From contig JAFCCL010000002.1 of NCBI GenBank assembly GCA_017610205.1, positions 64,001-128,000 on the forward strand: 64,000 nt of DNA. Reading direction: 5' to 3'. Each line of letters begins with the position of its first letter. The stretch's first letter is position 1. Of the stretch, positions 28,446 through 38,249 are shown piece by piece. This DNA is from Candidatus Iainarchaeum sp. GTDB lineage: Archaea; Iainarchaeota; Iainarchaeia; Iainarchaeales; GCA-2688035. The notes below the pieces were generated by a model that was not told where the DNA came from, searched no databases, and worked only from the letters and a program-made list of their open reading frames with translations. The position numbers were made by a program, and so were the translations under genes.

Positions 28446-28991
28446 ATGAAACTAGATGGAAAAAGAATTTTTTTAAGGCCATGGCGAGAAAGCGATGCAG
28501 AAGACCTTGTGGCATTGTTAAATGATAAAAGCATTGCAAATTTTACAAGAGTTCCAAACCCATACAAATTAAAGCATGCAAGGAAAAAGTTAAAGGAATG
28601 CAGGGAAAAATGGCGAAAGAAACAGGAAGCTGGTTTTGCAATAATTTCCAAAAAAGAAAAGAAATTGCTTGGAAGCATTGACATAATGGACATTGACAAA
28701 CACAGCAGAAAAGCGCACATTGGCTACCTTCTTGGAAAAGAATTCAGGGGAAAGGGATTTATGCAGGAAGCAATACAGCTCGTGCTTGGGTTTGCATTCA
28801 AAAACCTGAAATTGAACAGGATTAGAATTAGCTGTTTTGTAAAAAACAAGGCAAGCAGAAAAGTCATTGAAAAAACAGGCGCCAAATTTGAGGGAATTGA
28901 AAGAGACGGCATCAAAAGCGGCCTTGGAAAGCTTCATGACGTAAGAGTTTACTCAATTCTTGCAAGAGAGTTCAAGCGAAAAGATATTTAA
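28446..28991 (+). CDS. GNAT N-acetyltransferase (RimJ/RimL family)
   Basis: IFLRPW, IGY.LG.EFRGKG, N.ASRKV.EK.G..FEG. Confidence 0.93.
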   Translation: MKLDGKRIFLRPWRESDAEDLVALLNDKSIANFTRVPNPYKLKHARKKLKECREKWRKKQEAGFAIISKKEKKLLGSIDIMDIDKHSRKAHIGYLLGKEFRGKGFMQEAIQLVLGFAFKNLKLNRIRISCFVKNKASRKVIEKTGAKFEGIERDGIKSGLGKLHDVRVYSILAREFKRKDI

Positions 28992-29024
28992 AGTGAAGCG
29001 GATTAATTTATTCAGGGTGTTTTT

Positions 29025-29426
29025 TTGGCAGAAGGAGAAAAAAAGTTTACAAACGCAGGTCATTTAAAGCCAGGAAGTTTTGTTTTAATTGACGGCTTTG
29101 CATGCCAGGTAAAAAGCGTTGACAAATCAAAGCCAGGAAAGCACGGCTCAGCAAAAGTAAGAGTTGTTGCATTTGACGTTTTCTCAGGCCAAAAAAGAGG
29201 ATTGCTAAAATCAACAGGAATGGATGTTGACGTTCCAATAATGCTGAAAGGAAGCGCACAAGTTGTTGCAGTAATGGGAGACACTGTACAAATAATGGAC
29301 CTTGGGACCTATGAAACCTTTGACGTAAAAAAGCCAGAAAGCATTCAAGGACTTGCTTCAGGCATTGAAGTAGAGTATGTAAAATGGGGAAGCCAAGTAA
29401 AGGTTTTAAGAAAGAAAGGAAGCTAA
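29025..29426 (+). CDS. eif5a: translation factor aIF-5A
   Basis: Hypusination motif SKPGKHGSAK; TTG start after GGGTG RBS. Confidence 0.96.
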   Translation: MAEGEKKFTNAGHLKPGSFVLIDGFACQVKSVDKSKPGKHGSAKVRVVAFDVFSGQKRGLLKSTGMDVDVPIMLKGSAQVVAVMGDTVQIMDLGTYETFDVKKPESIQGLASGIEVEYVKWGSQVKVLRKKGS

Positions 29427-29490
29427 TTCTGCAAAAAAAAAAAAAGCAAAACAAAACATTAAATAAAAAAAAACCTCTAATTAACACAAC

Positions 29491-31854
29491 ATGCAACCAA
29501 AGCATATTGCAACTGCACTAATTTTCCTAACAATAATTGGAACAGCGCAAGCAGCAACCTACTACTGTGACCCTGTCACCGGAAACACAACAACAGGCAA
29601 TGGAAGCGAAAGCAATCCCTGGGGAAGCCTTCAATCAATTGACGAAACAGGATTCTTTGACAATGAAACAATAGTTGGCGGAGACACAGTAAAGCTTCTA
29701 TCAGGTTACCATGGAATGTTTGCCCACAGCACCTATGGAGTAACACGCGAAGGACTGATTACTATTGAGGCAGCAGACGGAGCAATACCACAGCTTAGCA
29801 AAATAATAATAAAATATGCAGAAAACTGGAAGTTCAAGGGATTGCATATAAGCCCTGAATTTGCAGGCCCTGTTGAAGAAGGAACTGGGGCAATAATCTA
29901 CGGTTATGGAAACTATCACATAATAATTGAGGACTGCAACATTTTCATTGTTAATGATGCATCAGACTGGACTGCATATGAGTGGAGAGAAATAGCTCAA
30001 AATGGAATAGACATTCGCAGCCCAGCTGACTCTACATTTATCAATAACACTATAAGAAATGTGAAATACGGGTTTACCGGCATTGGAGGAAACAACCTAG
30101 TACAAGGCAACCTTGTGGACGGCTTTTCAATTGACGCTCTAACATCCTTAAATGGACCGAACACAATTGTTGAAGACAACATTTTCATCAATTCCTATGA
30201 TGACGAAGCAACAGGAACACACACCGATGGAATACAGGTCTTTCCAACAAACGACCTTCCAACCGAAAAATATGACAATATCACTATCAGAAGAAACTAT
30301 ATAAATGCAAGGACAGATCCAAACAGGGACCCAGACACTTTAGGCGGATTGCAGGGCATCTTCATTGAATCAACCGATTATTTTAGCGGAGTGATTGAAG
30401 ACAATGTTATCCTTGCAACAAACACAGGCCATGGAATAACAGTTCAAAATGCAGGTGGTCCAAAAGGACTTCAAATTTTAAACAACACGATTTTGTTACC
30501 TTATGGGATTACAAACGGTGACAACCACGGACCAGGAATAAGAATTACAGCAGAAGCAGACAACATAACCGTAAAAAACAACATTGCCAATAACTTTCCA
30601 CTGCCGGATGATTACCCCGGGAAAAACTTTGTTGTAGAAAACAACCTTGATGTAAGCGTTTACAGGGACATGGGAGACGATGACTATGTAGGTCTTTTTA
30701 AGGATTACCCAAACCACGACATGCGACTTCTAATGTCAAGCAAGGCATGCAATGGAAATATTACTAGAGAACCCTATCTTACAACAGGAAGCATGGTTGG
30801 AGCACTTGACTGCATACTTAACACTTGTTCAAAGGCAGGAGACTGCGATGATGAAAACCCCTGCACAACAGACTCTTGTTCAGAAGGGCAGTGTCAATAC
30901 TCTTTCAACAGCGACTCCTGCGATGATGGTATAGAATGTACTACCTCAGACCACTGCAATAATGGAATATGCAGCGATGTAACTCCTGACAGCAGCATTT
31001 GCCTAAGTATCTACCCGGAATGCACAAGCGCAACATGTGATGCGCAACAAGGCTGCATAAACTTTAGCCCGACAGACTGTAGAATTCCAAATGTTCCCAA
31101 CGACTTTGCTGCTTATTGGCGTTTTGAATTTGACACAAAGGATATAACCGAAATAAATAATGGAACCTTTATTGGCGGAACAGAAACATACGAGCCAGGT
31201 ATTCTTGGACAGGCAATAAGACTGAATGGAAACGAGCAGTACATTGATGTAGGGGACGGCACAACTAAGATTACAGGACCAATAACTATTTCTGCTTGGG
31301 CTAAGACCGATACAACAAGCACGAGGCAAGCAATTATTGGAAGGGGAAGCTATGACACCTCTCAAGTGCACCACCAGTACAACCTTTGGTTTAACCTGCC
31401 AAGCGGCTACATTAGGTCTGAAATAAGCAATGGCCTAACAAAATTTAAAGTGAACACTGACCCATACTTTGTCCAAAGCAATACCTGGTATCATGCGGTA
31501 AGCGTTTGGGATGGCTCAAAGATGCATCTTTATGTGAACGGATTGCTTGTAGATTCGATTGATGCTCCGCTTGCAAACCTGAATGACAAGACAGACAACA
31601 CGCTAATAGGAACCAAAGGCGCTTACACCTACTGGTTTGACGGCCTGCTTGACGAGATAATGCTTTACAGCCGTGCTTTAAGCACGGCAGAAATTGAACA
31701 GATTTACGCAAGCCAAAGCAGCAACCCACCAGAACCAGAGTGTGTTGACATGCCAACGCTTTTAGAGCATGTAGAACAATGGAAGCAGGGAAATATTGGA
31801 ATGACTACAATAATGGAAAAGATTGGCAAGTGGAAAAGTGGAGAAGGTTGCTGA
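29491..31854 (+). CDS. secreted protein: parallel beta-helix + Cys-rich repeats + LamG + dockerin-like C-terminus
   Basis: Signal peptide; GNGSESNPW start; Asn-ladder beta-helix with HTDGIQ; CDD..CTTD.C repeats; TISAW...WYH...LYVNG...FDGLLDEI. Confidence 0.85.
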   Translation: MQPKHIATALIFLTIIGTAQAATYYCDPVTGNTTTGNGSESNPWGSLQSIDETGFFDNETIVGGDTVKLLSGYHGMFAHSTYGVTREGLITIEAADGAIPQLSKIIIKYAENWKFKGLHISPEFAGPVEEGTGAIIYGYGNYHIIIEDCNIFIVNDASDWTAYEWREIAQNGIDIRSPADSTFINNTIRNVKYGFTGIGGNNLVQGNLVDGFSIDALTSLNGPNTIVEDNIFINSYDDEATGTHTDGIQVFPTNDLPTEKYDNITIRRNYINARTDPNRDPDTLGGLQGIFIESTDYFSGVIEDNVILATNTGHGITVQNAGGPKGLQILNNTILLPYGITNGDNHGPGIRITAEADNITVKNNIANNFPLPDDYPGKNFVVENNLDVSVYRDMGDDDYVGLFKDYPNHDMRLLMSSKACNGNITREPYLTTGSMVGALDCILNTCSKAGDCDDENPCTTDSCSEGQCQYSFNSDSCDDGIECTTSDHCNNGICSDVTPDSSICLSIYPECTSATCDAQQGCINFSPTDCRIPNVPNDFAAYWRFEFDTKDITEINNGTFIGGTETYEPGILGQAIRLNGNEQYIDVGDGTTKITGPITISAWAKTDTTSTRQAIIGRGSYDTSQVHHQYNLWFNLPSGYIRSEISNGLTKFKVNTDPYFVQSNTWYHAVSVWDGSKMHLYVNGLLVDSIDAPLANLNDKTDNTLIGTKGAYTYWFDGLLDEIMLYSRALSTAEIEQIYASQSSNPPEPECVDMPTLLEHVEQWKQGNIGMTTIMEKIGKWKSGEGC

Positions 31855-31911
31855 AAAGAATTATATAGTTGTTTAAAAAAATAGAATGCAAAAAAAAGAG
31901 TGAAAAATAAA

Positions 31912-33669
31912 ATGAACAAAAAGATTGGCCTAACATTTGTAGCAATTCTGCTATTGACAGCTTGTGTTAGTGCATCAACTGTTTCAAGAAGCTTCAGTAG
32001 CACGGAAATTGAACCAGGCCAAAGCATAACAGTAACACTTACTGCTGACATTACCGGTGGAGAAACCTACTATGCAATAGACGAAACACTGCCAAGCGGT
32101 TGGACAATATCAAATCCAGGAACTGGAAACAATGACGAAGCAGGACACTTAAAATGGGTTATGATAGAGAGTGCTGTTGATACTGCTTATACTTATACTT
32201 TGACTGCATCAGGCTCCGGAGAAACAACAAGCTTCAGCGGATTATACATGTTTGAGGGCATGAAAAGCGAAGCATCTGTCAGCGGCCAAAGTCAGGTAAT
32301 TGTATCTGAACCAGCCGAATGCACACAGGATTCTGATTGCACTGGCCAAATATGCTGTGGTCAATCATGTGTAGACCTTGTTTGCAGCATAGATATAGAT
32401 TGTGACGATAGTGATAGTTCAACAACAGATAATTGCAGTAACCCTGGCACTTGTAGCGCGGCCTGCCCCAATACAAAAATCACCGAATGTATTAATGATG
32501 ACAACTACTGCCCACCAGACTGCAATTCAGAAACAGACAACGACTGCATAGAAAGCTGTGGCAATGAAGTTGTTGACGCAGGAGAAACCTGCAGCAACTG
32601 CCCAGAAGACATAACCTGCAAAACAGGAACAATCTGCTGCAGTGATGAATGCTTTACACCATGTTGTTATTCTGATTCAAATTGTTATGATGGAGATGCT
32701 TGTACAACAGATTACTGCAACAACAGAGGAACTTGTACTGCAAGCTGCTCAAATTCAACGATTGTTGGATGCAGAAATTCTGCGCCAAACCCTGGAACAG
32801 GAACAAGTTCTGGAGCAACTGGAAACAGGCTAACTGCAAGCATAGAAGGAAGCTGTTTGAACCAGCCAATAACCGCAACAATATTAAATCAGGAGGGCAA
32901 TCCGGCAACAGGTTCGTTTGTTCGCGTAACAAAAAATGGAATAACTGTTGAAACCAGAACAACGCCGGAAACAGGAAAAAACTCATTCACGTTCGAAACA
33001 GAAGGCGAATACACCTTCTACACAACCAAATCAGGGTACTACGCAGGCACCCAAAAAATTCACATAACACAATGCCAACCACCAACAATAAACTTTAAAC
33101 AAAAAATAGAAACAGGGCAAAACCAAACAATAACACTAACAGCGGGAGACGGCAACACAATAACAGACTTTAACCTATACCTTACATACCCAAACAACAC
33201 AACAGCATTACTAAAAGCACAAGAAGGCACTATTATCCTGCCAACAGAAGAAACAGGAACATACACAGCAACACTCCAAACAACAGGATACCAAACAACA
33301 ATAAGCTACCAAGCCACAAACCCACTACAAATAATCCCAAACATAAACCCCGATGCAAAACCAACAGTCGAAACAGTTTTTGGGGAAGAAACAGTTGAAC
33401 AACCAAACTACCTAATCATATGGATACTTGCAATCGCAATAATCAGCGGCTTAATTATTGAAGTCACAAAACTAAAACCAGGCTGGTTCAGGGTTTTTAT
33501 GGCAGTAACATACACCGCACTACCACTTGCAGTCAACTATTACAGCAAAAACACCCTTATAGCATTCATAACAATAATCATACAAACACTAATCCTAACA
33601 GCACTATACTTCAACCAATGGAGAATAAAAAAAGCACTACAAGCAATAAGCAAACTTGAAAATAATTAA
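31912..33669 (+). CDS. Cys-rich surface protein with Ig-like domains and C-terminal TM helices
   Basis: Signal peptide; VSRSFS...ETLPSGW Ig-like domain; CGNEVVDAGETCSNCPED and CDD..TTD.C repeats; 3 TM helices. Confidence 0.8.
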   Translation: MNKKIGLTFVAILLLTACVSASTVSRSFSSTEIEPGQSITVTLTADITGGETYYAIDETLPSGWTISNPGTGNNDEAGHLKWVMIESAVDTAYTYTLTASGSGETTSFSGLYMFEGMKSEASVSGQSQVIVSEPAECTQDSDCTGQICCGQSCVDLVCSIDIDCDDSDSSTTDNCSNPGTCSAACPNTKITECINDDNYCPPDCNSETDNDCIESCGNEVVDAGETCSNCPEDITCKTGTICCSDECFTPCCYSDSNCYDGDACTTDYCNNRGTCTASCSNSTIVGCRNSAPNPGTGTSSGATGNRLTASIEGSCLNQPITATILNQEGNPATGSFVRVTKNGITVETRTTPETGKNSFTFETEGEYTFYTTKSGYYAGTQKIHITQCQPPTINFKQKIETGQNQTITLTAGDGNTITDFNLYLTYPNNTTALLKAQEGTIILPTEETGTYTATLQTTGYQTTISYQATNPLQIIPNINPDAKPTVETVFGEETVEQPNYLIIWILAIAIISGLIIEVTKLKPGWFRVFMAVTYTALPLAVNYYSKNTLIAFITIIIQTLILTALYFNQWRIKKALQAISKLENN

Positions 33670-33769
33670 AAAAAATGTTTGATTAATGCGGCAATTTTTT
33701 CCAGACAGTTATCTTTATTAAGCACAAATTCTATTTTATATTCAATTAAAATTTTAACGGAGGGTGTTT

Positions 33770-34183
33770 ATGCCAAAAGATGCGATAAAAGAAGGAATGA
33801 ACTTTGCCCTTGGCATTGTCAAGATAAGCGGAGAAAATTTCAACAAAATAATGAAAGGGCTTGAGAAAAAAAACAAGCTCAGTGCAAATGATGGAAAAAA
33901 AATGGTCTACAGGTGGGCTGCTGAACAGCAAAAACAGCTCGTAAAAATGCAGGCAAAAATGAGAGCCATGAAAAAAAATGCTTTGAAAACAAGACTTTAC
34001 AGCAGCAAAGACCTGGCCGAAATAAATAAAGTAATAAAAACTCTTTCAACGCAGATTGCAGTACTTGAAAAAAAGAAGAAGAAGGCCGAAGAAACTTTAA
34101 AAAAACAAAAAAAGACGGCTTTGAAAAAAAGAACTGCAAGGAAAAAAAAATCAAAAAAGCGCACTGCAAAAAAGAAAAAATAA
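33770..34183 (+). CDS. phasin/PhaF-like coiled-coil protein with Lys-rich tail
   Basis: GGAGG RBS; 'ALG......NKIMKGLEKKNKLS..DGKK' phasin-like pattern; adjacent to a UbiB-family gene. Confidence 0.6.
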   Translation: MPKDAIKEGMNFALGIVKISGENFNKIMKGLEKKNKLSANDGKKMVYRWAAEQQKQLVKMQAKMRAMKKNALKTRLYSSKDLAEINKVIKTLSTQIAVLEKKKKKAEETLKKQKKTALKKRTARKKKSKKRTAKKKK

Positions 34184-34201
34184 GTTGAAAAGGTAAGATA
34201 A

Positions 34202-35872
34202 ATGCTCAGCTTTCTTGAGACTCCAGGAGACATAAAAAGATTCCTCGAAATAATGAGGGTTTTCCTTAAATATGGGTGGAAGTCTTCAAAAGAACTAAAG
34301 AAAATGAAGGGAAAATTCCCTTTCCTGAACAAACTGGAGAAAACTCAGGAAATCGGAGAAGAAATTTCTGGACCGGTAAAGCTTAAGAGAATTTTTGAAG
34401 AGCTCGGTCCAACTTTTATAAAATTTGGACAGATGCTTAGCACAAGACCTGATCTGATAAAAGAAGAATATATTATTGAACTAAAAAAGCTTCAGGACGA
34501 GGCACCTGCTTTTTCTTACGAGGAAACTGAGAAAATTATAAAAACAGAATTTGGAAAAAATATTAAAACAATTTTCAAACACTTTGAAAAAGAGCCAGTT
34601 GCCGCTGCCTCAATAGGACAGGTATATCTTGCAACTCTGCATAATGGAAGACAGGTTGCTGTTAAAGTGCAAAGACCAAACATACTGCACATTATACAGG
34701 AAGACCTGCGGATAATGGCATTCATTGCAGAGCTTGTTGAAAAAAATATCAAAGAAACACAGTACTATAATCCGACAAATATTGCAGAAGAATTCGGAGA
34801 AACAATAATAAAAGAACTTAATTACAGAAGAGAAGCAACAAACGCAGAACACTTTGGAATAAATTTCAAAAACGACCCCGATGTTACAATTCCAAAAGTT
34901 TACTGGGATTACACTACACTAAAAGTAATAACACTTGAGCGGGTTAAAGGCAGAAAAATAAGCAAGTTTTTCAACAACAAGAAAAAAGCTCTTAAAAAAT
35001 CCATTGCCGACAACTTCATCAACTGCTTTTTTAAACAAATATTTTCTTACGGATTTTTTCAAGCAGATCCGCATCCTGCAAATGTTTTTGTATACATCCA
35101 CAAAAACAAGCCAATAATAAGTTTAATTGATTTTGGAATGGTCGGCAGACTAATGGAAGACACAAGAGACAACTTTGCAGCAATGCTTGTGTTAATGTCT
35201 GAAAAAAATGTTAAGGGACTAACAAAACAACTGAAGGCAATGGGACTTATTGACAGGCTTGACGACGAAAAAAAATTCATGCTGGATCTTGCAGAAATAA
35301 TGGATTATTTTTATGATATTAGCTATGAAAAAATTGACTTTACAGGATTTGGCAACGCAATGATAAGAACAATGGTAAAACACAAAGTCAAAATTCCACA
35401 AGAATACCTTTTGTTCTTAAGGGGAATGAGCGTTGCTCAAAACACGGTTGAAATATTGGACCCATCAGTTGACCTTATGGCAAAGGCAGAGCCCTACATC
35501 AGAAAAATAATGGAAGAAAAAATGAAACCGGGTTATTTGATTAGAACATTTAAAGACAATTACTTTGAATTTGACAGACTTATAAAAAGATTGCCAGAAA
35601 GCCTGATTAACATATTCAAAAAGCTTGAAGAAGAAGACATTAAAGTTTCAATTGAAGCCAAAAACATTGACGACCTCAGCAAAAGCCTTACAAAAAGCAG
35701 CAACACAGTAAGCATAAGCCTTATTGTAGCAGCACTAATTCTTGGCTCTGGCATGTTGCTTTTTACAAACATTACCACCGCATTAGGAAACACTAGTGAA
35801 CTTGGAGCGGTTGGTTTTGTAGTAGCAATGGTAATAGGACTGCTTGTTGTAATGAGGGCACTAAGGGCATAA
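34202..35872 (+). CDS. AarF/UbiB/ABC1 family atypical kinase
   Basis: ELGPTFIKFGQMLSTRPD, AAASIGQV, VAVKVQRP, ADPHPAN, DFGMVG, two C-terminal TM helices. Confidence 0.96.
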   Translation: MLSFLETPGDIKRFLEIMRVFLKYGWKSSKELKKMKGKFPFLNKLEKTQEIGEEISGPVKLKRIFEELGPTFIKFGQMLSTRPDLIKEEYIIELKKLQDEAPAFSYEETEKIIKTEFGKNIKTIFKHFEKEPVAAASIGQVYLATLHNGRQVAVKVQRPNILHIIQEDLRIMAFIAELVEKNIKETQYYNPTNIAEEFGETIIKELNYRREATNAEHFGINFKNDPDVTIPKVYWDYTTLKVITLERVKGRKISKFFNNKKKALKKSIADNFINCFFKQIFSYGFFQADPHPANVFVYIHKNKPIISLIDFGMVGRLMEDTRDNFAAMLVLMSEKNVKGLTKQLKAMGLIDRLDDEKKFMLDLAEIMDYFYDISYEKIDFTGFGNAMIRTMVKHKVKIPQEYLLFLRGMSVAQNTVEILDPSVDLMAKAEPYIRKIMEEKMKPGYLIRTFKDNYFEFDRLIKRLPESLINIFKKLEEEDIKVSIEAKNIDDLSKSLTKSSNTVSISLIVAALILGSGMLLFTNITTALGNTSELGAVGFVVAMVIGLLVVMRALRA

Positions 35873-35956
35873 TTTTGGAAAAAAAAAACTCTAAGTCATA
35901 ACAACATTAATTTGCAACAGCACTATTCTGCAAAAACATTAATTCACAGCACTGTT

Positions 35957-36790
35957 TTAAAGACAGGTTCCAACACCCAAAGTTAACACGTCACGCAGGC
36001 CTGTTGCAAATCCAAGAATAATTATAACAATTTTTATAAATCCGCGCAAATTCTCGTTCTTGATTTCTTTGTCAACAAAGTAAAGAATTACAAAAACCAA
36101 ACCAATCTTTGCAAGCACAAAGCTAACTGGAAATGAATCAAGGAGAAATGCTGAAAGAGGGTGCTGTTCGCCGCAAAAAAAGAACTTGGTTGCAACAAAA
36201 GTTGCAAATCCATCCAAAGCCTGTGAGGCAAGCGCAAGCCTGTTCAAACCAGTCTTGAGAATTTTTTTGCCAAGTTTTCCAGAAATGAAAATAAGCAATG
36301 CTGTTGTTACTGCAACAAGCAACAGCACTTCAATTACTCCAATCCACGCCTGAAAATTTAAAAATTCAAAAAAGACAATTGGCAGGGCAAAAATTAAACC
36401 AATGCATGCAAACAATTTGTAAAAATTAATATTAAATTTTTTTGAGGCAAAAAGAGAAACAACAAGAGACACCAATGTTACGGTTGCAATAAACAGGAAA
36501 ATGCCAGGGGTAACAAAATAATAAGCTAGCTCAAGTGGATTCCAGCTACGCGGAAGCAGTGCCATATCTTCAAGAACGCGAAGGGCAGAACCAAGAAGAA
36601 CATAGGGTAAAAGCGCAAGCATAAATTTTGTATTAAACTTTACTCCACGCTTGTCAAGCAATGGAAAGATTACGAAAAAAAGCAGAAAAAGCATTATTGC
36701 TCCGTAAACAATATACTCCGCCGGCCCATAAAGACCGCGTTCAGCAATTCTTTGGGCAAAAAATTCGTAAAAAATCGAACCAGGGTCCAT
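35957..36790 (-). CDS. DUF63 family membrane protein
   Basis: LRVLED, FVTPGI, LDG.ATF, EQHP, LG.A.GLRD. Confidence 0.85.
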   Translation of the reverse strand: MDPGSIFYEFFAQRIAERGLYGPAEYIVYGAIMLFLLFFVIFPLLDKRGVKFNTKFMLALLPYVLLGSALRVLEDMALLPRSWNPLELAYYFVTPGIFLFIATVTLVSLVVSLFASKKFNINFYKLFACIGLIFALPIVFFEFLNFQAWIGVIEVLLLVAVTTALLIFISGKLGKKILKTGLNRLALASQALDGFATFVATKFFFCGEQHPLSAFLLDSFPVSFVLAKIGLVFVILYFVDKEIKNENLRGFIKIVIIILGFATGLRDVLTLGVGTCL

Positions 36791-36832
36791 ACAAAGGAAT
36801 TTTTAACAACTTAATTCTTTTATATTGGTATT

Positions 36833-37336
36833 ATGGAGAAGGAAAAAGTACTTGCCCTGGTTCGGGAACTCTTATACCCTAACCAAATTGCACTGGCAAC
36901 GTCTATAGATAAGGATGGAACGCCCAACATAATTACGCTTGCTTGGAACATGCGCACCTCGGATGAGCCGCCGATGATTGCGATTTCTGTCGGGAAGAGC
37001 AGGTATTCACACAAACTCATTTCAGAATGCGGGGAATTTGTTCTTGCTTTTCCAGGGGAGGAAATGCAGAAAGCGGCAATTTATTGCGGTACCCACTCAG
37101 GCAGAAATGTAGATAAGTTCAAGGAAAGCGGATTGAAGGCCGAAAAAGCAGAAAGTGTAAGGCCTCCACTTATAGCAGGATGCATTGCCAATTTTGAATG
37201 CGTCGTGGCAAGCAGCCTTGACACTGGAGACCACACTATTTTTGTTGGAGAAATTAGGAAGGCAAGCTCTTCAGGCAAAAAGAAGCTCTTGCTTGAACTC
37301 GACAATGACAGAATAGGCTGTGCAAATGAATTTTGA
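36833..37336 (+). CDS. flavin reductase-like family protein
   Basis: NIITLAW, PPMIAISV, CGTHSGR..DKF, GDHTIFVGE. Confidence 0.93.
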   Translation: MEKEKVLALVRELLYPNQIALATSIDKDGTPNIITLAWNMRTSDEPPMIAISVGKSRYSHKLISECGEFVLAFPGEEMQKAAIYCGTHSGRNVDKFKESGLKAEKAESVRPPLIAGCIANFECVVASSLDTGDHTIFVGEIRKASSSGKKKLLLELDNDRIGCANEF

Positions 37337-37385
37337 AAAGAAAAAAATAGAGATAAATCTAAGATGAATTAAGCAGGTATGAAAA

Positions 37386-38246
37386 ATGGAGAAGAAAAAA
37401 AAGCCAAGAAGTTTGAAAGAAGCACTTGAAGGAAAGCTTTCAAAAAAAGAAAGAGAAAAACTTATCACAAGCTTTGACAGCATTGGCGACATTGCAGTTA
37501 TACAAATTCACGAAGATTTGCAAAAAAAAGCAAAGCTAATTGGAGATGCCTTGCTCTCCACAAACAAGCAATTCAAAACAGTGTGCATGGTTTCAGGAGA
37601 ACACAAAGGCAAATACAGAGTACAACCAGTAAAGGTAATTGCGGGAAAAAAGACACTGAAAGCATCTTACAGAGAAAGCGGATGCCTGTTTTCGGTTTAT
37701 TTAGGCAAGGTATTCTTTAGCCCCAGATTAAGCACTGAACGAATGAGAATTTCGCAATTAATTAAAGAAAATGAGATAATTGGCGCATTTTTTGCAGGAG
37801 TTGGACCGTTTCCAATAGTTTTTACAAGGCTTAGCCAGATGAAAAAGGCATATGCAGTAGAACTTAACCCAGAAGCATACAAAGGACTTCTACATAATAT
37901 TGGATTGAATAAATGCCAAAACAAAGTAGAACCTATTTTGGGAGACGTAAAAAAAGTAGTTCCAAAAATGCTTTTGGAAAAATGCGACAGGGTAGTAATG
38001 CCTTTGCCAAAAGGTGGAGAAAACTTTTTGAAAGAGGCAATGATGGCATTAAAGTCAGAGGGCGGCATTGTTCACTTTTACAGATTTGTTGAAAGGGAAA
38101 AAGGAGTTGGGCAGCCATTGAAGGAAATTAAAGAAGCAGCAAAAGAACTTGGAATGAAAACACGCGTTCTTAGAAAGAAAAAAGTTCGTTCTTTTTCCGC
38201 AAGCAAGGAACAGGTCGTAATAGACTTTTGGGGAAAAAAGATTTAG
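37386..38246 (+). CDS. tRNA methyltransferase Trm5/Tyw2 (Met-10+ like)
   Basis: FDSIGDIAVI, FFSPRLSTER, FAGVGPF, ELNP, RVVMPLP. Confidence 0.9.
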   Translation: MEKKKKPRSLKEALEGKLSKKEREKLITSFDSIGDIAVIQIHEDLQKKAKLIGDALLSTNKQFKTVCMVSGEHKGKYRVQPVKVIAGKKTLKASYRESGCLFSVYLGKVFFSPRLSTERMRISQLIKENEIIGAFFAGVGPFPIVFTRLSQMKKAYAVELNPEAYKGLLHNIGLNKCQNKVEPILGDVKKVVPKMLLEKCDRVVMPLPKGGENFLKEAMMALKSEGGIVHFYRFVEREKGVGQPLKEIKEAAKELGMKTRVLRKKKVRSFSASKEQVVIDFWGKKI

Positions 38247-38249
38247 CAA

